A stretch of 64,000 bases of DNA from the human T2T-CHM13v2.0 reference genome, Homo sapiens: the NCBI RefSeq assembly GCF_009914755.1, contig NC_060928.1, one strand, 5' to 3'. Below, one piece after another: positions 53,001 to 64,000 of this stretch. The notes beneath the pieces were generated by a model. That model did not search any database, was not told the DNA's origin, and saw only the letters and a list, made by a program, of their open reading frames with translations. Every line of letters begins with the position of its first letter. Position 1 is the first letter of the stretch. The position numbers and the translations under genes were made by a program.

Positions 53001-53734
53001 GTGCTTATTACCTGGGCTACCCAATAATCTGTATACCAAGCCCCTGTCACAAACAATTTACCTATACAACAAACTTGCACATGTACCCCTGAACCTAAAA
53101 TAAAAGTGAAAAATATATAAGTAAAAATTAAAATGAAGATAAAAAATAAAATAAAATTTGTATTACCATTAAAAAAAGAATTAAAGGAAACTGAAAATAG
53201 GATCAGTCTAAGAAGCATGATTAGTTAGAATGATGTGTCTGTGACATTTAAGTGTGAGTCAAGGCTCAGGGATTGAGCTATCTTCCATACACTAGAATTA
53301 TATAATAATATGGTTTTGTGATATAATCATTTATAGCATTATGTTATAGTATTATAGCACATCATAATATAGCATGATATTAATAATGTAGGCTGCAAGG
53401 CTCGTGAAGTTGAAATTTAATGCCAGAACAGGATATTTTTTATGTAACAATGAGTCAAAAGTGTAAAGTGGCATCAAATAAAGGGGAAAACACTTTGTTC
53501 CAGGAGACACTACATTTTGGTTTCTCTATTTCTTCATTTATTCAATAAACATGCCACGTTTCTTTCTTTCTTCATAAGCAACTATTTGGGCCATAATAGA
53601 TTGGAATGCTGAAACAATAAAATATGCCCAACACTAAAAAAAGAATGAAATATCTCGAAATACAGCTAACTAAAGTGCCATTTTTACATTTTTATCAAAT
53701 CGTACCAAAGATATAGACGATCTCCATTATTTTT

Positions 53735-54019
53735 TATTTTATTTATTTTTTTTGAGAGGGAGTCTCCCTCTGTCGCCCAGGCTGGAGCGCAGTGGCGCGA
53801 TCTCCGTTCTCTGCAAGCTCCGCCTCCCGGGTTCACGCCATTCTCCTGCCTCAGACTCCCGAGTAGCTGGGACTACAGGCTCCCGCCACAACACCTGGCT
53901 AATTTTTTGCATTTTTAGTAGAGACGGGGTTTCACCATGTAAGCCAGGATGGTCTCGATCTCCTGACCTCGTGATCCTCCCGCTTCGGCCTCCCAAAGTG
54001 CTGGGATTGCAGGCCTGAG
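53735..54019 (-). mobile_element. AluY, slightly 5'-truncated
   Basis: GCAAGCTCCGCCTCCCGGGTTCACGCCATTCTCC diagnostic. TSD GATCTCCATKATTTTT. Confidence 0.95.
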
Positions 54020-54034
54020 GATCTCCATGATTTT

Positions 54035-54315
54035 TGAGTTTTGATGCTAACGTTGATCACTTGTCTGAAGTGTTGTTTGCCAGTTTTCCTGCTGTACTGT
54101 AAAGGTGTTCTTTGTTGTTGTGTTCCATCTAGTACTGTTTGAAAGGAAGTCACTATGTGCATGGCAAATTTAAGGGGTGGGAATTATGCTCTCCCTCATG
54201 TAGGATGGAATATCTACATAAATTATTTGGAATTTTTTGTATAGAAGAGTTATCTCTTCTTCATTTTAAAATGTATTTAGTCATTTATTGTTATTAGTAT
54301 GGACTCATGGATATC
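54035..54315 (-). mobile_element. L1MC-type 3' UTR fragment
   Basis: GGAAGTCACTATGTGC...TATCTACATAAATTATTTGGAATT...AGTATGGACTCATGGATAT. Confidence 0.7.
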
Positions 54316-55732
54316 TTACCAGATTAAGAATGTTTGACATAATTCCGTAGTAAACTTTTAATATCAACAGAGTTGTACTGTTTTTAGAAATCAAATTTAT
54401 ATGCACTTATCTTATAAGTATTTGAATGATAGTATATTTGTTCTGTGCTAATATACATATTTAACTACAGACATTTGAGCTAATAATATACAGAGGTAAT
54501 CAATGGGTAATATTTTAAAAACTTAAGTGAAAATAATTTAGTCTTCTGAAAACATTTGTTATCTTTGTGCTTTTGTCTATATGCAAATGTGTTAGCTCTT
54601 CATAACATTTAAATTAAGGGGCAAATAGGTGTAAGAAACAGGCATTGTCATAAATATATTTTCAAGATTATATTTATAATTTTCTAAATGGTATCTACTA
54701 TTATTTAGTGTGTACTATTATTAGTGACTTCATAAAAGTTTATAATTAAACTATATGCATATTAAAATGTATTTCAGTTTGTTTTCATAAAAGAGGGAAG
54801 TTTATCGGTAACAGAGTAGAGAAGACTGTTAGCACATTACAAAATGTTATTTGGATTAAAAAGAGAAGCTAAATTTTCTAATATCTGTGCATTTATTTGA
54901 CATTGCAAGTGGATTGTAGGACCCTCTATGCATGCACTATCCATAAAGTCTTCTAAGTGTTTACAAAAGAGTTACATAAGCCCTCATCTTATGCACTACA
55001 CTCCCAATAGAGGTGTCTATGCTTTTCCGTTTTCATATTGTTATTTACAAAAACATATTAACTGAATCATTCAGTCTTGTCATCATCTGCTGATTTTTGC
55101 TCTTCTCTAACACTAGCCTGAATTTTCCTGCTGTACATTAAAAGCCACAGATCAGATATTCTAGAAGAAACATCAGGAAGTATAGTTTTTCATATTTTAT
55201 TTTGTGATAAGTATATGATGAAGGTCCTTTTCCTTTCTTTGTTATTCTGGTTTCAACTGTGCTTTTATAATGGGTCAGGCTTAGAAAAACCACCATTGTC
55301 CTTTGATAAATGCCATTGAATTAAATTTTTAAAATTCTAACAGCAACAGATTTGTGAAAAATCAAACCAAATTTGCAGATAGTGTCACTGCTAGAGTTTA
55401 TATTGATTCTAATGAAAGTATTATTTATACCTGAATTTATATCTATGTATAGGTGACCTTGTTTGCAAAACTACTCAGATGGTTGCCAGATATTTTATAG
55501 TTATTTTGTTTTTATGTAGATACAACTACTCACATAGGTGAATATAAATCAGCTCTCCTTCACACCAGGGTCTAATTACTTAAAACCACGTGGGTAAAAC
55601 TGAAGATGACTAAAGCATAATAGTCAAAGAAAAGTCTTATTTAATTAAGTATTTTAAAGTCCCTGTTTTATGTATGAAAAAAACAGTGTCTATAAAGTCC
55701 TGTCCCTCAAACTTGTACCTGTTTTGTTCTGA

Positions 55733-55734
55733 GT

Positions 55735-55766
<32 letters not shown>
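55733..55766. repeat. (TG)n microsatellite
   Basis: Seen directly. Confidence 0.9.
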
Positions 55767-55770
<4 letters not shown>

Positions 55771-56369
55771 CATCTTCAATTGTCTCAGATACATATGTCA
55801 TAATGTAAATTAAGTCATAATGTAAACACTACCATATATATAGATATATATACACACACGTTGAGACAATTGAAGGAATCCAAAATCCATTTCTGAAGTT
55901 TTATAAAATATCTCCAGAAGATAAAGTTACTTTTCTGTCTTTGGTATGTTTAACATTTACATATGACCCTTGATATTTATTTTGAACATCAATAAAAAAT
56001 TATTTGTTTCATTAATAAAATTTATTATACCTACACTGTATAATCTATACATATTTTTAAATAACAAATATAGCAATATATATGCTAGAAAAGCCTAAGT
56101 ATAAATAAAAATTTTCCTGAAACTAAGTCATTCTCACAGTGATAAGAATTTGCCTGGATAATCTGCATTAATAAAGCAAGAAGCTTAAAGAATAATATCA
56201 GTTCATCAACAAATTTTGTTTAGTGTGTGTTGTTTTATAAATAAGTCTAATTTCCACAAATACAGGAAATGTTAATATAGATTGACTCAAATTCAATTCA
56301 TGACACCAGCGCAAAATGCATACATACCTTTCTTTACAAAAACAAATTTATCTGCATTAAGAGAGGAAC

Positions 56370-57820
56370 TTTAGATATACAAAAAGATGCTCAACATTAT
56401 TAATTATTGGGCATATACAAATCAGTTCCACTAACGATATCATTTCACACCCATTAGAATGGCTATTATCAAAAAGTCAAAAGATAAATGTTGAGAAGTG
56501 TGTGGAGAAAAGTGAAGTCTTGTACACTGTTGATGGGAATGTAAATTGATACAGTCATCATAGAAACAGTATAAAGGTTTCTACAGAAACTAGAATTATC
56601 ATATGACCTGGCAATCCCTCTCGTAAACATATAGTCAAAGGAAATAAAATTATCACGTCCTAAAGGTATCTATACTCCTATCTTTATTTCAAAATTATTC
56701 ACAATAGCCAAGATATGAAAACAACCTAAGTCAGTCGATAGGTTAATGGATGAAGAAATTGTGGTGCATGTGCACAATGAAATATTATTCAGCCCTGAGA
56801 AAGAATGAGATGTCCTTTTTCACAACATGGATGGGCCTGGAGGACATCATGCTAACTGAAATAAGACAGACACAAAACGAGAAATCTTGCATGATCTCTC
56901 TTATAGGAGGAATATAAAACAAAAATGAAAAATATACAGACGGTTTCTGGCTTATGATGGTTTGACTTACAATTTTTTGACTTTATATAGGTGCAAAAGT
57001 GATAGATATTTAGTAGAAATTTTTTAGTAGAAATTTAGTAGAAATTTTATTTAAAATTTTGCATGTTGATATTTTCTGGGCTAACAATATACAGTACAAT
57101 AAGACTGGCTGTGCAGTGGCTGGGCATGGCTGTGATGCTGGGCAGTGGTAGTGAGCCACGGCTCCGTTAGTCCTATGATCATGAGGCTAAATATCAGGTA
57201 CTGTACTCTGCCATATACTGTATTCAATAAATTATATGAGATATCAAACAGTTAATTATAAAATAGCCTTTCTGAAGGATGACTTTGCCCAACTGTAGGC
57301 TAAAATAAGTGTTCTGAGCAGGTGCAAGGTAGGCTAAGCCGAGCGCAGATGTTTGGTAGGTTAACAGTATTAAATGTATTTTCACTTTAGGATTTTTTTA
57401 ATTTATGATGGCTTTATCAAGGCTTAACCCCATGAGAAGCTGAGGAGCATCTGTCCAGAGATAGAAAACAAAACAGTGGTTACCAGGAAAGAGGAGTTAC
57501 AATAGAAGGAAATGAGATGTGGTTCATAGGATACAAAGTAGCAGATATGTAGGATGAACAATTCTAGAGTTCTAATGGTACAACATGACGACTATAGGGA
57601 ATAAAACTGTACTGTATTTGAGATCTATGCTAAATGAGTAGATGTAGCTGCCCTTGACTCAAAACCAAAACCAAAATAATTGGTAACTATGTGAGATGAT
57701 GGATACGTTAATTTGCTTGAGTACGGTAAAGCTTTTACTATATATACATGTATGTATTTCATAACATCATGTTGTTTACCTTAAATATACACAGCGAACG
57801 TTATTTGAAAAATAAAAATT
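56370..57820 (+). mobile_element. L1MA-type 3' end interrupted by MER47
   Basis: CACAATAGCCAAGATATG, CTGGAGGACATCATGCTAA, GTAACTATGTGAGATGATGGATA. Confidence 0.85.
56937..57453 (-). mobile_element. MER47/Tigger5-type non-autonomous DNA transposon
   Basis: Termini TA|CAGACGG... and ...GAGGAGCATCTG. Confidence 0.8.
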
Positions 57821-59817
57821 AAAAGAGGGACTTCAAAAATTGTTCCAGTCTTAAAATGGGATATAACTTTGTGGTCTAATGTGATTAGCTGATCCTCTGG
57901 GAACAAAATTAACATTCCTGAAATGATGCTTGAGCAATTTCCTGATGGACTCTAATGAGCGTGCTAGACCTTCTTGGAAATTCATTCAAAGAAAGTCCAT
58001 TTTGCCAAGATCCTTTAAAGACCTTTAACCAGTCTTGCAAGGAATCTAATGAACTTTAAGCGATGTGTTTTGTTCTTATTGCAGCCTAAAAATTGATATG
58101 TAACATTTTTTACTACCACGATCAACAACTGCCAAAAGGGGATCTTTTTCGGTTAGCTTTTACATAAAGCCTCTACTTCTAGCAAACTTGAAATAAAATT
58201 GATTCATGATCAAAATTAACTAAGACTTGGTAATCTTTAATTATTACATGTGTCACCATTATTGACAATTATTTTAAGTATCTAAATCTTTTGCCTGCAT
58301 ATGTTTTATAATATTATTCCAAATTGTTATTTGCTTTCAAACTTTATTATTTCCCAATTTATAACACTTTATTTCTTTGATTTAAAGCAATTTAGATTTC
58401 TAAATCATGAGGTCCCTGTTATGGTTATAAAAATAAAAATAACATTTTTTTCACCAAATTCAGTTAATATAGACTGCTAAAAAAAAACAAAAAAAAATGC
58501 AAATGAGCAACAAGAACAAATGAACTAACAAGAACAAATAAAACACAACTTCCCCGTCTAAGGCCAGATGACAAATCACAGCATATCTTGTTTTTTCCAT
58601 TAAGTAGTGCATCTACTCCGTTAATGAGATAAAGGCTTTACAGATAATAATTATGACTACCAAGATAATATAAATAAACAATATCACATGTTCTTCAAAC
58701 AAGATGATATAAACTACCCCCAAAGTCACTCACCACAATTATGAGCAAAATAAACATTTTTGAGTGATGTTCAAAATCAGAATAAACAAAACTTTTCAGT
58801 TGGTATTTTAAAACAGAACATTAATTACAAATCAATTTTAAAGAAAGCAGAAAAAGAAAAAAGTGACAAAAAGAAAGAGAGAAAGGAAACAAATATTTTG
58901 AAATGTTAATATATTAGGTAGGTTAAAATAATTTATAGTTGCAAACTGTTGAAACTATCACAAAATGCTACAAATAAATTTCTTCTAAATGAAAATATTT
59001 TACCTTTTAGAAAATATCTGTAAGAAATGATTTTCTATAATGAATATTAAAAGGATACATTTTATGATTATGTGACACTATGCAATAAATTTGATTTCTT
59101 AGTACAGTAATACTATACTATATTACTCTATGGTAATAATATAGAGTTACATATTTCTGTGAAAAAATAAATATTTGTGCTGTGTTATTCAAAGATAGAG
59201 AAATGTTTGTCTTCCTCATATCAATTTAGCAATACTTTCTTCTACTGCTCCCTTCTTGCACTCTCTCTCTCGCTCTGCTTTTATTTTGCAACTTATTTCT
59301 TGTATTTATCTCTTCTTCCCTTTGCCAAAGACACCCCTCTTTTTAGGAAAAATCTTTAAAGACCTTTATTGGATTTCTAAGGAATCTACTGATTTCTTAT
59401 CAAACGTTTTGTTTGTTTGTTTTGCTCCAGGTTAACAGTTGATTGTAGTCATCTTTTCACCTATAGTTTTGTTTTCTCTCTTTTCTATTATGCTTCTTCC
59501 TTTTTTTCACTCTCCTCCTGTTCAAATACCTTATGAAATTGTATTGTCTCTTATACCAAATACAATTCTATTCTATCTGCTGAGCATGATTGTATGAAGT
59601 TTGGAATTTTGAGCTTTTGATATTGTGGTAGTCTTTACATTATGATTTAACTTATTTTGTATCTATAGACTAGGTGTTAATTTTTATAGTAATGTTATCA
59701 TCTACAAATAAAATAATGACCGTTTCCTAAAACTTATTTGTGTAACTGCCTATTTGCATTCATCATCTAGACCTTCCAGATGAATGCAGTAATGATGTAG
59801 TTGAACAGACGCTCTTA

Positions 59818-60062
59818 ACTCTGGGAGGCCGAGGCGGGCAGATCACCTGAGGTCAGGAGTTCGAGACCAGCCTGAACAACAAGGTTAAACCCTGTCTTTA
59901 TCAAAAATACAAAAATTAGCCAGGCATGGTGGCGGGCGCCTGTAATCCCAGCTTGAACCCGGGAGGTGAAGGTTGCAGTGAGCCAAGATCACACCACTGC
60001 ATTCCAGTTTGGGTGACAGAGCAAGACTCCATCTAAAAAAAAAGAAAAAAGAAAAAAGAAAA
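59818..60062 (+). mobile_element. 5'-truncated AluS with a short right-arm deletion
   Basis: TSD GAACAGACRCTCTTA (59803-59817 / 60063-60077). CCCAGCT is joined to TGAACCC. Confidence 0.93.
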
Positions 60063-60689
60063 GAACAGACACTCTTACAAAATTCCTGAAATTTTACTAA
60101 ATTAAAGGCACTCTTTCAGCTGCCCCCGGGGTTTTAAAAAATCTACTTTTCTCAGAACTTTGGCCTTTGAAGGAAGACAGTTTCCCTTGTAGAAGGGGTC
60201 AAGTGTGAGACTCAAAGTTAGACAACGACACTGAGAATTGTCTCCATCTATGGTTGTTAAGAAGAGACCAGAATGGTCACACAAAATTCTTCTCCAGAAC
60301 TTACAGCTTTCTATCACCATTTGTGTTGAAGACCAACCATTGTAATTTTATTACATGTTTTATACCTGCTTCTTCCTTCACCCAAGAAGGATTAAACTCC
60401 CTTCATTTGCTCCAATCTGGTCACTATGCAGTCAACATAATCTCTTTTCTGTCCTTTCTCTTTTTACCTACTTCTAAAATCTTTCCTTTCAGTCCTTAGA
60501 AACCAGTGATTGTCAGAAAAATAATGTAACCAGGCAACTTCTCTTAACATTGATATTCTTCCTCAAAACGTGTCTTTCTCTGGAGTCACTTTACCCCCTG
60601 TAAGCCTTATGCAGTAGATATATTTTCTTCTCCCTCCCACATTGCCATTGGAGTTTAGGAGAGATAAGTACTCTAGATTTTACATAGCC

Positions 60690-60830
60690 ACCACCTGGGG
60701 TACCTTAAAAACAATAATGACCTCTAAATTCTAATTTCATCAGAATCACTAGGGATGAGATTTACACATTCGTATTTATTAAACTATCCAAAAGATTCCC
60801 CTGTGTAGCTACGTTTGAGAGCTACTGCCT
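60690..60830. mobile_element. MER5-like hAT MITE remnant
   Basis: CACCTGGGG...ATCAGAATCACT...TTTGAGAGCTACTG. Confidence 0.5.
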
Positions 60831-62354
60831 AGGTTCTCACTACCATTTGAAATTTATTCTCATTCTCCTTCCTCTAAACACTCTCACTTTTAATTTAGTC
60901 TCAAAACCGTACATTGCTATCTGATTTTTTTTTCAATTGCTGTTACCCACTCTCCACCAGAAATTTTCCTTCGTTTTTCATAAGATTTTATCTTTTGGAT
61001 CACTATCACTCTTAATAGCACTATTATTTCTTAATATTAGTTAATTTTAATATATATTTTGTAATTCTGATGAAAACTTGTCTTCTGCTTTACGTATCAA
61101 CCATTCATTTTCATAATAATTTCTAGCTTTTTATTAGCAATAATAAAAACATCTACATAATTTTAATTTCAAATGTTACATTCTCCAGCCACACAGTTTG
61201 GTCTTTCTTGTTCTTTCTGTGTAGTATCCCAACCTGAGCAGTCTATTTTTTTTCTAAATTATCTCTATTGATTCCAATTTTATTATACCTTTCACTCCTT
61301 CATCACCAGGTAACATATGTGGAAATAGGAGAGAAAGAGGAACAAGACTCCAACATTTAGAGTAAAAGAGTTGAAAGGAAATTGGCAAAATAATAATAAT
61401 AATAATAATAATAATTGAGAATCAACATCCAGTGAGATAGAGAAAAAACACGGAAAATTAAGTGGGGGAAACATTTCATGGAGGAGAAAGTAATCACTCT
61501 GTCAATAGCTGCTGACCCGGTAAACAAGAAAAAGACCTAGAAGAAATTATTTGGTTTGTCAATGTGAAAGTAAATGTCTTTATGATAAAAGACTTATTTA
61601 TTTGGTATAAAATTGGGATTAAAATGAGTTTACAAATTAATGTGGGGAGAGAGATTGGAAATAGTGAATACAGATAACTCATTTGAGATTGTCTACAGAT
61701 GTTTTTATGCTGAAGAAGGAAGGATTGCTGATGCAATATACTTTATTAAAGTGACAGGAAAGATATTTGTGGATGCTCTTATTTACAAGACATTTATATA
61801 TTTTACAACCATTTCTATCTTAATAGATCTGATACAAAGCTTATTTTCTTTACTCATGATTTATCCTAAGAATGACCCTAAATCCCTCTGGTAGCTCATA
61901 TGGAAACACTTGGAGTCATCTTTGAGTCCCTTCTTTCTCTCACATTCTAAATCTAATTCATCAACAAGTCATACTGGCTCTTATTTAAAATATATTCAGA
62001 ATAAGACAACTCCTCTTCATCTGCACTACTATTAGTAGTTTCTGCTTCCCCATATAATTATTGTTTCTGCTTCCCCATATAAATTCTAGTCTCAACAAAG
62101 CTAAGTGAACCAGGTAAACTGTAAGTTACATAATCTTATTTTTCTTCTCAAAACACTTTATTGGCCACTTTGCAATCAGAGTAGAAATCAAAGTCCTTAC
62201 ACTGAGCTCTAATTCCTTGTCTAATTTGTCCTTCATCAGTTTCTTCTATGTGCTCTTGGCTCACTTACCTCCAGTCACACTGGCTTTCTTAATGTTTCTT
62301 TAACTCACCAGGCAGGTCTTACCTGCTTCGTAATCTTTGCTCTTGTTTTCCTCC

Positions 62355-62685
62355 ACGTATAGGAGTGGCTTTTAAAAAACAGAAATTTATGTCTCATAGT
62401 CCTGGAAACCCGGAATTCTAAGATCGATGTCCCAGGAGATTTAGTGTCTGGTAAGAGCCCTCTTGTTTTTTCATAGATGACTGTCTTTCTGCTTAGTCCT
62501 CACAAGGTAAAAGGGGGCAAGGAAGCTCTCAGGAGGTCTCTTTTCTAAGACCACAAAACCTATTAATTAGGCTCCGCCATCATGATCTAATCACTTCTCC
62601 AAAAGCCCATCTTCAAGTGCCATCACATTGGGGATTAGGTTTTAACACATGAATGTGAAGGGGGCACAAGCATTTAGTCTTCAGA
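62355..62685. mobile_element. MLT1-type MaLR LTR
   Basis: AACAGAAATTTAT.TCTCATAGT...CCATCACATTGGGATTAGGTTT.AACACATGAAT. Confidence 0.8.
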
Positions 62686-62748
62686 AAATCTTCATGAAGC
62701 AATTCAATCTTTCATCTTCTTCAAGTCTTTGCCAAATATCGTATTCTC

Positions 62749-62866
62749 AGCCGGGCGCGGTGGCTCACGCCTGTAATCCCAGCACTTCAGGAGGCTGAGG
62801 TGGGCGGATCAAGAGGTCAAGAGATCAAGACCATCCTGGCCAACATGGTGAAACCCTGTCTCTACT

Positions 62867-62905
<39 letters not shown>

Positions 62906-63078
62906 TTAGCTGGGCATGGTGGCACGCACCTGTAATCCCAGCTACCCAGGAGGCTGAGGCAGGAGAATCGCCGAGAGGCGGTTGTTGCAGTGAGCCGAGA
63001 TCGCACCACCGCACTCCAGCCTGGAGACAGAGTGAGACTCCGTCTCAAAAAGCAAAACAAAACAAAACAAAAAACAAC
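62749..63078 (+). mobile_element. AluSc with (CA)n expansion in the linker
   Basis: GAGGTCAAGAGATCAAGACCATCCTGGCCAACATGG diagnostic. Confidence 0.95.
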
Positions 63079-64000
63079 TCTCTTATTCTCAAAAGCTTTT
63101 CTCGACTGCTCAATTCAGAATTGTACTGTATACTTTATCCATCCTTTCCTGTCCGTACTCTTCTCAAAGACAACTACGTCCTTCTAAAATAAAATTTACT
63201 TTTCAAAATTATTTTCTGTCCACCCTATACCCTGTATAATGCAAGTGCAATTAGGACTTAAATTCTTTTGGCTACCTTTTCTTTTTCACTGCTATAACTT
63301 AAGCTCTTAGTGCCAATGCCTATGTCATGCTTTTACAAAGCTAAGTTTCAGCAGTTGCTGTAAGAAAAAGTGAGTGGCACATGAAAATCAGTGTGGAACA
63401 GGAAATAAGGTTTTCCATGAATAATTGGATTCCAGTGTTTGTTAAACAGAAGCTAAGTTATTATTAGTATGTAAGTACATATTAAATTCTGTGGGCTAAC
63501 ACCATAATACAGGCAACTATAATACATGATATTGATTTTGGCTTAGGAGTTTCACATAAACATTACCTAAATACTAAGAACTCTCTTGTCTATAAGTGTT
63601 CTGGGAAACCTACATCAAGATCAGTTCTCCTAGAAGATGGAACCTAAGGAATAATCATGAATTAGCTTGGCTGGCCATTGGGTTAGAAGGATTTCTGTTT
63701 GCCTGATGCTTATAGAAATCCCAGAATCCTGTTTCTGGCAAGTTGTTTGATGTCTTACATGAAACTTACACTCTAGGTGTGGTCAGTACATCAGAAAGAC
63801 CAGAAAGCTGGGACTTCTTCAAGTCAGATAAGAAGTTATACTTACATGTTTTTTTCTTTCCTGATTATAATGATTTGTATAATATCAAGCTTCTTAAGAG
63901 TTGTATATGTCCAAATAATTTTCAAAAAGCATGCAACATCTGATTGAAATCTAACCATCCTTCAGAAAACAACTAAATATTTCTTTAATAAGTAGTAAGT

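Larger units (their letters stand above)
45880..53180 (+). mobile_element. Near-full-length older primate L1 (L1PA13-16/L1PB-like), degraded, with a 1.2-kb insertion and a 3' deletion
   Basis: GC-richer 5' UTR, ORF1 remnants from ~47240, ORF2 start MTGSNLHISILTLNVN at 48322, RT remnant [14 protein letters not shown], 3' end CATGTACCCCTGAACCTAAAATAAAAG with A-tail. Confidence 0.92.
61880..63370 (+). mobile_element. L2 fragments interrupted by MLT1 and Alu
   Basis: TTGGAGTCATCTTTGAGTCC..., CTCCAGTCACACTGGCTTTCTT. Confidence 0.7.

Overview
AT-rich, gene-free primate (most likely human) intergenic DNA made mostly of interspersed repeats: L1, Alu, L2, MIR, Tigger1/MER47/MER82, MLT and ERV LTRs. 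No host exon is supportable. The standout is a young HERV-K(HML-2) element at 19164-21664. It has a complete 968-bp LTR5_Hs-type LTR, a PBS and a partial gag, but no pro/pol/env or normal 3' LTR. It ends instead in an inverted 78-bp copy of the LTR's U3 terminus, present twice as part of a perfect 284-bp tandem duplication. The whole element is flanked by a clean 6-bp target-site duplication (GTTCTT), which suggests integrase used two U3 ends. About 0.9 kb downstream is an internally deleted ERV9/LTR12-family provirus (22536-28453). Its 3' LTR is followed by an 18-nt copy of a tRNA-Arg 3' end that differs from its 5' PBS. Other oddities: a ~1.2-kb polyadenylated, MIR-containing insert inside a younger L1, template-switch scars in Tigger1 and at 55.8 kb, and old local duplications. 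Family and subfamily names and consensus comparisons come from recalled consensus sequences, not from database searches. Boundaries of old repeats are approximate.
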